NCBI RefSeq assembly: GCF_006345805.1
Contig: NC_043005.1
Location: 44,268,001 to 44,332,000 of the forward strand
Origin: Octopus sinensis
Lineage: Eukaryota
Reading direction: 5' to 3'
Length of the DNA stretch: 64,000 nucleotides
The translations under genes and the position numbers were made by a program. Shown here in pieces: positions 1 to 12,884 of the stretch. Under the pieces are notes generated by a model, which did not search any database, was not told where the DNA came from, and was given only the letters and a program-made list of their open reading frames with translations. How positions within the stretch are numbered: the first letter of the stretch is position 1; each line of letters opens with the position of its first letter.

Positions 1-194
1 TATATATAATATATATATATATATATATGTAGGAGTTACATCTATTATTATTTAAAACAGTTTGATTTGGCTCCCATGCAGCTTAAAGTTTCATAGGCAC
101 CTTGCAAAAACCTAGCTTGTTTGGCACAGTTAACTGAGCCTACAAAACTAAGTAGGATGGGCCCAAACCAAACTTTTTTAAATAACAATGATAG

Positions 195-398
195 TAATAA
201 TCCTTTCTACTATAGGCACAAGGCCTGAAATTTTGGGGTAGGGCAGTCGATTAGATCAACCCCAGTACTTAACGGGTACTTCATTTATTGACCCTGAAAG
301 GATGAAACATGAAGTTAACCTCAGCAGAATTTGAACTGCAGAACTTAAAGATGATGAAATACTGTCAAGCATTTTGCTAACGACTACCAGCTTGCCAT
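195..398 (-). mobile_element. tRNA-derived SINE, family C (my label)
   Basis: Reverse complement of the family-C body (gttcaaattc.g.gagg..aac, tttcatcc, aagtaccc, aggccttgtgcc) seen many times in the window; abuts a TAA-rich tract. Confidence 0.75.
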
Positions 399-440
399 GT
401 TAATAATAACAATCATAATAATAACAATAATAATAATAAA

Positions 441-762
441 ATGGAGAAACTCTCAAAATACAAAGACCTGGAAATAGAGGTAACTAGAATGTGGAACCTG
501 AAAACAGAAACAATTCCTATCATAGTAGGTGCATTAGGCATGATAAAAAAATATTCAGACAAATACATAACAAAAACACCAGGACTTACAAACACATATA
601 ACATACAGAAAATTGCACTACTAGGCACTGCACACATCCTACGCCGAACACTTTCCATACAATAACCATCAGAGCATCACAACAAATCACAGCACATACC
701 CAAGGCACACAGAGCTGCGCTCGGTAGTGAAGTGAAAGCACGCTATAAAAATAAAACTACTG
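441..762 (+). mobile_element. 3' end of an RLE-type non-LTR retrotransposon (R4/Dong/NeSL-like): C-terminal endonuclease segment plus 3' UTR
   Basis: ORF 441-665 MEKLSKYKDLEIEVTRMWNLKTETIPIIVGALG...LQ/IQK.ALLGTAHILRR fits the EK..KY..L...W......P+.+GALG pattern at the C-terminus of restriction-like endonuclease domains. 5'-truncated, and flanked on both sides by (TAA)n-type repeats. Confidence 0.8.
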
Positions 763-763
763 A

Positions 764-818
<55 letters not shown>

Positions 819-832
819 TGATAATGATAATA
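763..832 (+). repeat. (TAA)n microsatellite / tail of the RLE element
   Basis: Direct reading: taataataat... with a few variants. Confidence 0.95.
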
Positions 833-1245
833 GGCACAGGAATGGCTGTATGGTAAGGAGCTTGCTTCCCAACCACATAGTTCCGAGTTCAGTACCACTG
901 CGTGGCACCTTAGGCAGGTGCCTTCTACTATAGACTTGGACCAACTGAAGCTTTGTGAGTGGATTTGGTAGACAGAAACTGAAAGAAGCCTGTCATATAT
1001 ATTATCTATGCGTGTCTGTGTGTGTGTGTGTATTTGTGTGTCTGTGTTCGTACCCCCACCATTGTTGACAACAAATGTTGGTGTGCTTATGTCCCAGTAA
1101 CCTAGCATTTTGGCGAAAGAGACCGACAGAATAAGTACTAGGCTTACAAAGACTAAGTCCTGGGGCTGATTTGTTCGACTAAAGGTGGTGCTCAAGCATG
1201 GCTGCAGTCAAATGACTAAAACAAGTAACAGAATAAAAGAAAAAA
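833..1245 (+). mobile_element. tRNA-derived SINE, family A, near full length
   Basis: Head ggctgtatggtaaggagcttgcttcccaaccacatagttccgagttcagtacc (A/B-box-like), internal (TG)n tract, tail ctaaaggtggtgctcaagcatggctgcagtcaaatgactaaaacaagtaa; more than ten homologous copies in the window. Confidence 0.85.
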
Positions 1246-1259
1246 AGAACTATAATAAT

Positions 1260-1450
1260 AGAAATAATAATAATAATGCAATATATATATATAATATACA
1301 CATACATAGACACATGTTTTACACACACAAATGGAGATATCAATAAATAAATATATAAATGAATATATACATATCCACATGTGTATGTGTGTGTGTGTAT
1401 ATATATGTATATATACACATGTGTGTGTATATACATACACATATACACAC

Positions 1451-1511
<61 letters not shown>

Positions 1512-1652
1512 TACTTTTTAGATGGATATATAAATATACATAGATATATATATATAAATTTCATCTAAACATACATATACATGTTTTGTAGAACATATAT
1601 ATGAATATATCTATAGTAGTTATATGTAATACACACACACACACACACACAC

Positions 1653-1719
<67 letters not shown>

Positions 1720-1790
1720 ATATATATAATACATGTGTGTCTGTGTGTGTGTGTGTGTATACATAAATTTATATACATACATATAAAGTT
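1260..1790. repeat. Compound (TA)n/(CA)n/(TG)n microsatellite block
   Basis: Direct reading; source of the IYIY/CVCV pseudo-ORFs. Confidence 0.9.
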
Positions 1791-2208
1791 TTACATCACC
1801 ATCATTGAATGTCCACTTTTCCATGTTTGCATGGTTGAAAAAGAATTAAATGAAGTGGAATTTTTAAGGCTGGGTGCCTTTCCTGTCACCAGGCCTCACC
1901 TGTTTCCCGGCCAAGTATGAGTTTTTCCCTATGCCCAGACAAGTAAAAGAACAACATCAATTGTATGATAGTGTGACAGAGATGCTTTTACACAATCACC
2001 ACATGATTTTAAAACAAAGGTACTCACACACACATACAAAATGGCCTACTTTCACTTTTCATCTACTGATTCCACTTACAAGGCTTTGGTTGCCTTAGGG
2101 CTATATGAGAAGAAACTTAAGACATTTGCTCCAAGTACCACACAGGGAGATTAAACTCAAGACCACATGGATGGGATCACGTTTCTTACTAGTGAAGCAT
2201 GCCTGTGC

Positions 2209-2253
<45 letters not shown>

Positions 2254-2664
2254 CGTGTGTGTGTCCGTGTTCCACTACCACTACTTGACAACCAGCTTTG
2301 GTGTATTTACATCCCCGTAACTTCGCAGTTCGGCCAAAGAGACCGATAAAATAAGTACTAGACTTCAAAAAATAGGTTCTGGGGTCAATTTCTTCAAGGC
2401 AGTGCCCCATTCAATGACTGAAACATGAGAAAAATAAAAGATAATGTGTGTGTGTGTATGTGTGTGTGTGTGTGTTTCTGTGTACATACACATACACAAT
2501 GTGGACCAAAAGTCATGCACCAAGTAAGTTCAATACCCTCTGGAATTGTCTAAGATATGCTTTAATTTTTCTAAAATTTAATGAAATGAATAAAATACTG
2601 ATGAATACACACATACTTGCACATGATGAACAGGAAAAAATTAATAATAATAATAATAATAATG

Positions 2665-2700
<36 letters not shown>

Positions 2701-2880
2701 TAATATAAATAAAATGTTAAATGTTTTGGTGTGTGACATTTGGCCCACACATGATGGATGGATGGTTCTGACAGACAGACAGATAGATAGGGCATCTGGC
2801 AGTAAAAATTCCACTTCAACATGATCCGTATGACTCATCCAAACATTAAAATGTTGATAATACACATGAATATACTTGTG

Positions 2881-2914
<34 letters not shown>

Positions 2915-2927
2915 CATATATATGAAA

Positions 2928-2944
<17 letters not shown>

Positions 2945-2958
<14 letters not shown>

Positions 2959-3436
2959 TATATATATATATATGGATAGATAGATAGACAGACAGACAGA
3001 TAGATATGTACATATATAGCCTTTCTTCAATTTCTGTCTACCACATCTACTGACAAGGCTTGGCTGACCCAAGGCTATTGTAGAAGATATTTGCCCAAAG
3101 TGCCACACAGTGGGACTGAACCCAGAACAATGTGATGGGGAAACATTTTATCACACAGCCAAACATATATACACATGCATGTGTGTGTGTTGTGTGTGTG
3201 TGCATATATATATATATATGGATAGATAGATAGACAGACAGACAGATAGATATGTACATATATAGCCTTTCTTCAATTTCTGTCTACCACATCTACTGAC
3301 AAGGCTTGGCTGACCCAAGGCTATTGTAGAAGATATTTGCCCAAAGTGCCACACAGTGGGACTGAACCCAGAACAATGTGATGGGGAAACATTTTATCAC
3401 ACAGCCAAACATATATACACATGCATGTGTGTGTGT
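2945..3436. repeat. Exact 246-bp tandem duplication containing a family-A SINE fragment (minus) and (GATA)/(GACA)/(TA) repeats
   Basis: gcatatata...acacatgcatgtgtgtgt occurs at 2956 and again at 3202; the ORF track shows identical MWHFGQ starts at 3108 and 3354 (offset 246). Confidence 0.95.
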
Positions 3437-3834
3437 GTGGTAGTAGTAGAACCTACATATGCATACATACTTCATAGGTATATACAAAATAGTCCACATA
3501 CAATACACACACATATATACATGCATATATATATATACTCATACATTCACACATATACACACTCATATTGCTATATATCATCTGGTCATAGGATGACTGA
3601 CTTCAGCTTGAAACAAAATACTAAATATAGTAGCTTTGAAAATAGAACATTTATTCAAAACAGCTGCATTTTTTGATAAATGAAGATATTTTCTATTTTT
3701 GATAAACCATAAACTAGGCTTTGAAATATTTTTATATGAGTTTGGTCGTAGGGATATAACTCTGTGTATAAATATTTTTATTAATAATTTAAAAGAAAAA
3801 CATGTATGTCAACTAAAAAAAACAACATATATAT

Positions 3835-3855
3835 ATTTTACATATATGTGTGTGC

Positions 3856-3936
<81 letters not shown>

Positions 3937-3943
3937 GTGTATG

Positions 3944-3986
<43 letters not shown>

Positions 3987-4029
3987 ATGTATATATATAT
4001 ATATGCATATATATATGCATATATATATG

Positions 4030-4069
<40 letters not shown>

Positions 4070-4470
4070 TATATATATGCATTATATATGTATGTATATA
4101 TATATATATATATATGCATATATATATGCATATATATCCATATATATATATATGTATATATATATATGAATATATATACATATATGCATATATATATATA
4201 CATATATATGCATATATATATCCATATATATATGCATATATATAAATATATACATATATATATATGCATACATACATATATATATGTATGTATATATATA
4301 TTTATATATATATATATATAAACACATATATATATACATATATATAAACACAGACACACACACACACATACATACACAGAGGCATACATCATACATATAT
4401 TTATATACACATATACATACATACATAGATATACAAATATACACACACACATATATATATATATTTATAT
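3835..4470. repeat. Long degenerate (TA)n/(TATG)n/(CATA)n microsatellite
   Basis: Direct reading. Confidence 0.95.
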
Positions 4471-5177
4471 ATGTAGTTGATTTGGATAATCTGATTTTAT
4501 AGTGATGTCTATTATAGGCACTGGCCCCATTCTCGGGGGCAAGAATAGTGGATTAAAGCTATTATTGTAGTGTATTTTATCAACTCCAGAAGGATGAAAG
4601 GCAAATTTCTCCCTCAGCGGAAGCCATTAAATCATAAACTCACATTCAGAAAAACGACAAAACCTGAAGTGTTTATACAACCACTTTTATGAAGAAATGC
4701 TTCAATATGTTGGTATAAAGAGTGTACTTTAAATGGTAAGATATTCAGTATTGAAATGTCAGCAAATTCAAGATGTTGGCATTTCATTTTTTGTTATTTT
4801 TTTTCTTTTCGTTGGAACAATGAATAAAAGGATCTAACATCTTAAAACAGAGAATTAAAAACTCATTAAAGGAAGTATAGAATTGTCCTTTGCAGCATAG
4901 AGTAAGCAGAATGCCAGAACACCTTGTGCTCCAGAAGGAAAGGAGATAAAGCACAGGTTGCCACATGCTAAAGTCCAGAATCTCTATTTCATGAATAATA
5001 AAAATATTTTTTAAAAAACCTACTATGTTAGTATACCAATGAAGTTTGTGTATATGAACGTCTGTGGTCAAAGATAATTATGATATCCATTTAAAATTTT
5101 GGCACAAGGCCAGCAATTTTGAGGATGGGACTAGTCAATTACATCAACCCAAGTATCATTATTGGTGAGATACTATT

Positions 5178-5540
5178 TCTTTTATTCTTTTATTTGCATC
5201 AGTCATTTGACTGCGGCCATGCTGGAGCACTGCCTTTAGTTGAACAAATCAACACCAGGACTTATTCTATTGGTTTCTTTTGCTGAACCACTAAGTTACG
5301 GGCACCTAAACACACCAACATCAGTTGTCAAGTGATGGTGAGGGGACAAACACAGACACACAAATGCACACATATATGAAAGGCTTCTTTCAGTTTCCGT
5401 CAACCAAATCCATTCACAAGGCTTTGGTTGGCCCGAGGCTATAGTAGAAGACACTTGCCTAAGGTGCCACACAGTGGGGCTGAACCCAGAAACATGTGAT
5501 TGGTAAGCAAGCTACTTATCACACAGCCACTCCTCCACCT
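5178..5540 (-). mobile_element. SINE family A
   Basis: Reverse complement of 833-1245 (cagtcatttgactgcggccatgctggagcac ... ccacacagtggggctgaacc ... cacacagccactcct). Confidence 0.85.
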
Positions 5541-5946
5541 ATGAATATATTTTCTCGATAAACTCTTTCCTTGTGGTGAACTTTCCTCACTGTACTTTCT
5601 TCATTGTAAATTAATGGTTGTGGACTTTCCCTGTGTTGAATTGATGGCAGTGAGGAGATTGAACTTGGGATTGGGAAAGAATTTTCCTTACCATTCCATC
5701 ATGCTTTGTCAGTATAACTCTTCAGAAATCCTGAACATTAAATGTTTCCATTAACTTATCTTGCAGATAAGGGATTTTACATTCTTCCTTTCCATCTTTG
5801 TCCTTTTGGACATAGTATAGAATGAACATGTATGTACACTATGTACAATGAATTTTTATTGGTAGCATTTTAACCTTTTTGATTTCACCATTTTAACCCT
5901 ATTGGTAGCATTTTAACCCCTTATTCTATGGTACAAACTTCTTGTT

Positions 5947-6169
5947 TTAACCCTTTAGCATTTAAACCAGCCATATCCAGCCAAACTGTTCTACCTGTTT
6001 CAGGTTCAAACCGGCCAGATTTAGTTTCTCACATCTATTTTACAGTATCATTCTAAAAATAAACAGTGACATTATTGAAATCTCAAAGTTACAAGATAAT
6101 GCATTATTAATACAAAACTGAATAAATAAGCATTACTTTCACAGAGTAATCTGAATGCTAAAGGGTCCA
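5947..6169 (+). mobile_element. TTAA-flanked MITE (piggyBac-like termini)
   Basis: ttaa-CCCTTTAGCATT ... AATGCTAAAGGG terminal inverted repeats, about 215 bp; five copies in the window. Confidence 0.8.
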
Positions 6170-6239
6170 AGTGCTGTAAGTTATATTCTTCCACCAAAAT
6201 TTCATGTTAATTCATGTTCCATACACCGGCTTGATAATG

Positions 6240-6665
6240 GCTTCAAATTTTGTCACACGGCCAACTATTTCAGGAGATGGGGTAAGTCAATTATATCAAC
6301 CCCAATACTCAGCTGGTACTTATTTTATAGATCCTGGCAGCATTTGAACTCAGAATGTGAAGTCAGAAGAAATGCCACTTAAGCACTTTTTCCAGCACAG
6401 TTACAGTACAGCTAGCTTGCTGCCTTATTTCATAATAGTAATAATAATTTCAAATTTTGGCACAAGGCCAGTAATTTCAGAGGAGGGGGAATGTCGATTA
6501 CATCAACCCTGGTGCTCAATTGGTAATTATTTCATCAACCGCAAAAGGATCAAAGGCAAAGTCGACCTCAGTGGAATTTGAACTCAGAACCAAAAGACAG
6601 ACAAAATACTGTTAAGCATTTTACCCGGTGTGCTAACAATTCTTCCAGCTCCACAGCCTTCCATC
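6240..6665 (-). mobile_element. Two adjacent family-C SINEs (about 6240-6425 and 6445-6665)
   Basis: Each has ttttggcacaaggcc/tttgtcacacggcc ... gaatttgaactcagaa ... aagcatttt homology. Confidence 0.75.
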
Positions 6666-6754
6666 AGCTGAATAATGACAGAAGTTATTTCACTAAATTC
6701 TTCATAATTTTCCAAATTAATTGAAATAAAAGCCATGTAGTTTTAAAAAAATAT

Positions 6755-6978
6755 CATTTATATTTTACTAGTTTCAGTCATTAGATTGTGGTCATGCTGA
6801 TGTACCGCCTTGAAGAATTTTAGTCAAGCGAATCAACCCCAGGTTTTACTTGTTTTTAAGCCTAGTACTCATTGTATCAGTCTCTTTTACCGAACTGCTA
6901 AGTTATAGTAACATAAACACACTAACACCAATTGTCAAGCAGTGATGGGAGACTAACACAGACACATACACACACACA

Positions 6979-7021
<43 letters not shown>

Positions 7022-7180
7022 GGGCTTCTTTCAGTTTCTGTCTACTAAAAACATTCACAAGGCTTTGATCTACCCAAGGCTATAGTAGAAGACAGTTGCC
7101 TAAGGCACCACATAGTGAGATTGAACCCAGAACCATGTGGTTGAGAAGCAAACTTCTTACCACACAGCCACACCTGCATC
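6755..7180 (-). mobile_element. SINE family A
   Basis: Full tail-to-head homology to 833-1245, with an internal (TA)n tract. Confidence 0.85.
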
Positions 7181-8258
7181 TGGTAACAAAAGGAGAAAAA
7201 TTTTAAGTATTTTATTTTTGTTATTTTATTTTTTAGTCTTTTTTTTATTTTAAACTTTGTACAACTAAATTGGAAGTTTCTAGAAACCCATGACTGTGAA
7301 AGGTTTGTTAAAAACACATCAAAACTAAGTACTCTTCCAAATACCAAAACCACAACTATAAAGTGAGATTAGTAACTACTTTTAGTGAAAAAGTATTAAT
7401 ACTAAATAGAACAGAGTTTACTTGTGTGACCTCAAGACAGAGAAGTATACATTTAACTATACATCGTTATACCTATCATTGTAATAAAGCAAATAGGCCT
7501 ATAAATGATATAAAACATCACTAGTTTCCCTGGACTTTTGTTTTTTATTTCCTATAAAAGTTATACTCATTCTTTACATTTTTCTAAAATATTCCATCCC
7601 AGAAAAAAATATAATCAATAATTCATTATTGTTGCCATTTCATATCAACATTCTACCAGGATACTGATGAACAGATTGATAAGCAGGTTTGTTTTTTTTA
7701 ATTTTATTTTATTCCTGATGATGTATTTAATTGTTTTTTGCATAAAAAAACAAACTATTTGGCTCAATTGGAATATGATCTTGAGTTATGTATAACCCCA
7801 TGATCAACAAATGGTAGGTTACATTGAATTTTTGTTTTGTTTTGTGTGCATCTTGTGTTTTTTGTTTGTTTGTTTTTTCATTAGTTTGGGCAACACATTC
7901 ATTTCTTTGAATTTTGGTTTAACGATATTAATTGAAAATAAATATAAAATGTAAGCACCATGAAATTCATAAGATAAGCTCACACAAAAATATTATCAAA
8001 ATTATCAACCTATTACACAAAAGTACACAAGTATGGGTGCAGGCACGGTTGTGTAGAAGAAGTTTGCTTCCTAACCACATGGCTTTAGGTTCACTACCAT
8101 TGCATAGCACCTTGGGCAAGTGTCTTCTTCTGTAGCCTCAGGCTGACCAAAGCCTTGCCAATGGATTTGGAGATGGAAACTGAAAGAAACCTAATGTGTC
8201 CAACCCATGCCAGCATGGAAAGCAGACATTAAACGACAATGATGATGATGATGATGAT

Positions 8259-8301
<43 letters not shown>

Positions 8302-8419
8302 GCACACAAGTATTCGAGGTGCTTCATTCAACTAAGAATTCTTCAAGGCAGTGCTCCAGTATGGCCACTGTCTGATGACTGAAATTATGTCCCTCAGAAA
8401 TGATGATTAGTTTCTAAAA

Positions 8420-8670
8420 CTAAAGTTTGTATTGCAGGTTCAATTCTTGGTTGAGATATTTCATTTCTCTTACTCTTTGCTCATTGTTTACAATGTGTAC
8501 CCCAGTTTTAGAACAAGTAACATTGGTAGCATAGAGAGGGGATGCCGGTATGCATTGATGACTGCTGGTCTTCCATGAACAACCTTGCCTGGACTTGAGC
8601 CTCGGAGGGAAACTTTCTAGGTGCAATCCCATTTTCATTCATGACCGAAGGGGGTCTTTACCCATTACCC
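8420..8670 (+). mobile_element. SINE family D (CORE-like body, tail ending aagggggtctttaccc)
   Basis: gactgctggtcttccatgaacaaccttgcc...gagggaaactttctaggtgcaatccc matches the reverse complement of 9610-9945 and also 28955-29250. Confidence 0.6.
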
Positions 8671-8695
8671 TATTATAGATACGATTCAGTTAAAA

Positions 8696-8969
8696 TAGTG
8701 GTTCTCAACAAGGATCCATATAATCCTTGGGGACCTATATGACTTGTGGGAGTCTATATATGATATTGCTGTAAAAATTTATGTGCAACAAATTGGTTAA
8801 ACTTCTACAAGGCACAAAATATTTTTACAGTATTTTATACAATACTTAATAATATTTAATTATAAAAATATAATATGGTTCTTTTAAACATTGAATGGTT
8901 ATGAGGGTCCAGTAGAGTTAAATAGGAATCAAAAAGGTTTATAGGCATAAAAATGGTTGAGAACCACTG
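8696..8969. mobile_element. hAT-type MITE
   Basis: TIRs (c/t)AGTGGTTCTCAAC ... GTTGAGAACCACTG; flanking 8-mers agttaaaa / agtaaaag match 6/8, consistent with a decayed 8-bp target-site duplication (8 bp is typical of hAT). Confidence 0.8.
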
Positions 8970-9128
8970 AGTAAAAGCCTAAATACCCAAATTTTGAACT
9001 TCTCAATTAGGAGTTCTCATGTCAAATTCTTTTTTGAATATTATTTAGCACACACATAGACGCACACAAACTACAACAGACACATTGAATGACAGGAAAA
9101 TCTGGAATTCTGATCATAAAGGACAACT

Positions 9129-9340
9129 TTAACCCTTTAGCATTCACATTATTCTGTCAAAAGTAATGCATGTTTATTCTCATTCTTTTGAAGTAATCAT
9201 GCATTATCTTGTAAGATTTCAATGGTGTGACTATAAATTTATAGAATGACATTGTTGGACAGGTATGAGAGGTTGGATCTGATCAGTTTTAACATAAAAC
9301 ATGTAGAATACTGGGGCTGGCTTAAATTATAAAGGGTTAA
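9129..9340 (-). mobile_element. TTAA-flanked MITE
   Basis: ttaa-ccctttagcattcac ... ataaaggg-ttaa; inverted copy of 5947-6169. Confidence 0.75.
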
Positions 9341-9364
9341 ACCCTTTATTTGGATATTTTGCAT

Positions 9365-9580
9365 ATTGGTTTCGAATTTTGGCACAAGGCCAGCAAGTTC
9401 AGAGGAGAAGGCAAATCAGTTACATTGACCCCGTGCTTGACTGTTACTTATTTCATTGGCCCCCAAAAGGTTGAAGGGCAAAGTTGATCTTGGCAGAATT
9501 CAAACACAGAACATAAAAATAAATTGCAGCCAAGCATTTTGTCCTGCAGGCTAACGATTCTGTTAGCTCATCATCTTATT
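9365..9580 (-). mobile_element. SINE family C
   Basis: aattttggcacaaggcc ... aaaggttgaagggcaaagttgatcttggcagaattcaaac ... gctaacgattctg. Confidence 0.75.
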
Positions 9581-9609
9581 TATATATCAATTTCATTGTT
9601 AATAAAAAG

Positions 9610-9945
9610 GGTAAAAAGGGTAAAGGCACCCTTCAGTTATGAATGATCATGGGATGCACCTAGAAAGTTACCCTCTGAGGCACAAGTCCAGGTAAGGTTG
9701 TTTATGGAAGACCAGCAGTCACCCATGTATACCAGTTACCCATCTCCATGCCACTGATATTATCCAAGGGAAGGGTAAAGGTCAATACAGCTTGGCACCA
9801 ATGGCATTTTTACAGTTGAGTGAACTGGAGCAATGTGAAAAATAAAGTGTCTTGCCTAAAAGCACAACACACAGCTTGGTCCAGGAACTGAACTCACTAC
9901 CACATGATTGTGAGCCCAATGCTTTAACCACTGAACCACGTAACT
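9610..9945 (-). mobile_element. SINE family D (tRNA head, CORE-like body)
   Basis: Head reverse complement gtggttcagtggttaaagcattgggctcacaatcatgtggtagtgagttcagttcctggacc; body ggagcaatgtgaaa..aaagtgtcttgc; tail aagggtaaa repeats. Confidence 0.75.
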
Positions 9946-11758
9946 TCACTTTCATTGTTAATACAATCTATAACCATTATACAAGACAGACTGAAAATGT
10001 AATTTGTGCATCTGTTTTACTAAAAACTTTCTAAACACACCTTCCTCAAGACCAGAGTTACATCATATTATCTCATAAAGGAGGGGTTCCTCTCACATGT
10101 TTCTTTTTGAACATGTAACAGTGGGGCCACCTATCCACCTCTCATCTTGATCTATGTAGAGATGGCCATCCCTATGATTAAGTCCTCAGAACATATCCCT
10201 GGCCATTCTTTGGAGTAATGCATTCATAATTTTGATTGCTGTTGCTATGAAACACTTGCATGATAGAATAAAAAAGGTGAATTGAAAAAAAAAAATTAGG
10301 TTAGACAAGTAGTAAACCTCTATCAAATGATATTCTGCTAAATATGCAAGTTATTGTATCAATCGTAGGAATTATAAAATAATTCTCCCTTAGAAGCAGA
10401 GTTATGTTTCCATCATTTTAAGCTAAGGTAAATTGTCTGCAACTACGACAAAATAAATGTGAATAAAATTAAAGGTGGAAGCTGGAAGACAAATGGAGCC
10501 ATTTATATGTTCTTTGTTTCTTCCTTCAATTTACTCATTAGTTACTTTTAGACATGCACATACACACACGTACACATATTTTATAGGTTCAGTCATGGCT
10601 ATAGAGTTAAGAAATTCATTCTAAAATCACATGATTTTACACATACACATGTATACAGACACACAAATATCATACACATATATCATACACATATACACAC
10701 ACATACATACACACGTGTGTATAACCAGACATTGGAGCTTAACGTGCATATATGTAAATTTTGTTCAGTTGAATTATCAGTAAAGTTAGCTGAAATTAAT
10801 ATTTAATAACTAATTCTTAATGACTATTGTAAATGGATTTGCTAACATGTATTGAAAACATATCAGGTTATGTTTGTTACTTAAGGCTTCAGCTGTTACC
10901 ATTCTGTATAAGTGATATGTCAAATTCTCTGTAAACCACACATCATTAAAATAACTAGATTTAAGTTTGTCACAGTAAATTAGCATTGTCTTGAGCCTTG
11001 TATTATCGGATTTTTAAATGAAATGTCTACATATTTTATACATATCTGTCTCATACATTTTTATTTAATTCAACAATATAAATAAATATATTTTTTCTTA
11101 TTAGGTGTTCTTTATCCTCGTAAAGGTTAGACTATCAAGCTAGAGTATACTCAGTTTCTTTCCAGTTTCACGTTGCATTCAAATTTTTTGAATAGTTTTA
11201 GAAAAATAATTGCAGAAACTGATTAGAAAAAGTATATTTTCACAGAAAGATTATATGAATAATTCAAACTAAAAGTGAATAACTCACTATTACATATACA
11301 ATAAATGTCAACATTCATTTTATAAATTAAACATATCTTTCAAAATGTACATAAGATAGGAATTCATATTTCAACAGGATGTCATTGTCGTTGTCATCAT
11401 CATTGTTGTTGTTGTTATTGTTGTTGTTCTCACCATCATTTCATTACTCCAGGTTGGCATGTGTTGCATGGGTCATTAGAGTTTAAATAATTCTTTCCTT
11501 TTTTTAAATAGATCTGCTGGGTTTTGAGAAATAGATACTTCCATGACCTTTACAGGCATCCTTAAACCAGTGAGATTGATGTCATTAATGTCCCTTCTGA
11601 GAGACGGAATTTCAGGGTTGACATCCTGGAAAGGAAGGGTAAGGTATAGAGTTTACTTCCAGGACCTGGGAACTGGATACAGCAAGGATGATGAGAGAAG
11701 GAGAGAATAATTCCAACCAAATCTGGTGTTCTGTGTGCGAAATGCAGTGTATACAGGG

Positions 11759-11960
11759 GAGAGGGGGCTGGAAAGTTCCTGGTTTTAAGGGTATTGTGAA
11801 AGGCCAGGCTGGAGGCCCAACCTTTGGAGTTCTTTCATAGGGCTTAGAAAAACTGAAGGATTACTGCAATAAGAGTGTGACTCTGAATAAAATCATAATT
11901 AACTGATCCTCTTGTATTTTCTTTTACCCAAATCTAGGAGTTTTTCAGCACCCCCTCATA
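11759..11960 (+). mobile_element. Non-autonomous mariner-type element (MITE)
   Basis: Imperfect TIRs gagggggctggaaagttcctggttttaagggta / tacccaaatctaggagtttttcagcaccccctcata. Internal frame reads GLEKLKDYCNKSV, resembling the mariner transposase C-terminal G+.KL..RW.KC+ motif. Confidence 0.65.
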
Positions 11961-12884
11961 CTAGATGTGTTTGCACTAGAGAAGGTACTCAATATGGGTG
12001 AATTAAAGAATTCCCACTAACCTACATCAGTTCCTATTTGGAGTTACTACCATCTTAGATGTGTAATTTGTGATGGGGTTAGATAAATAGGTTTTAGAAT
12101 AAATAATTTCACAGGTGAGACAAAAAGGTAAAATAAAATGAAAAATATTTATTTTTTGAAATAACTGAGAAATTATGCCATAATTACGTTGATATCCTTG
12201 ATGAACATTGATGAGAAAATAGCTAAACAGAAAGATCAATAAAATTATAAAAGTGGCATTACTATTAAATCTATGGAAATGGTAGAAACATAATAAATGG
12301 TATGAACATGTAACAATGTCGTTCATACATGGTCAGTCATGAAAATGAAAGTAGACAGTAATTATATTGTAAATTAACTTTTCTAATAAATAGTTATGAA
12401 TCAAATCTTGGGAATCGTGAAATTCCATGGAAAGCATAAATTTATGGGAACTTCATCATTTTTGTTTTTTTTCCATAGAAGAAAGTAAGAAAATATTAAA
12501 ATGTCTTTATGTTATATTGATGGTAATTACTATAAATATGATTAAATGCACATTTTATAATGTAATCTGTGAATTTATGTTAATCCCAAACTTACTCATT
12601 TTACAAACAATACATTTTGTAAAGACTAATGATGTGTTCATATAATTTTTGTTACAGACATAAACATCATCAAGAACCACAGCTGTAACCTCTTCAGTAC
12701 AAATTAGCTATCTTCAGGATAGAATTCATTATGAATGGCACTAGATATTCTCTTGTTTAGTTTTAATCCTTTTTGTGATCATATTTCTAATGAAACACAT
12801 TGCCTGTGTCTTTAAATTAAATTTGAAAATAATCAAGAATTTGGATGGCGACAGTAAAATAACAGAGTCATTATTAACCTGGTG

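Noticed and set aside
687-1195. Poly-Leu/poly-Tyr ORFs and the recurring MWLGSKLLT / LGKCLLL peptides
   Set aside because: They derive from (AAT)n tracts and family-A SINE sequence and recur wherever the SINE occurs.
1179-4502. Many 60-170-aa ORFs rich in IY/CV/YM/TH
   Set aside because: Translations of (TA)n, (TG)n and (TATG)n microsatellites, which lack stop codons in some frames. The same applies at 27722-28666, 31612-31953, 42815-43492 and 53864-54166.
5525-5705. S/P-rich 59-codon minus-strand frame
   Set aside because: No usable acceptor or donor in frame, and it runs into a SINE.
11105-11125. Plus-strand micro-exon candidates (GVLYPRK here; also about 45478 and 54688)
   Set aside because: Short open stretches between AG and GT are expected by chance in 64 kb; no coherent plus-strand gene or recognisable domain links them.
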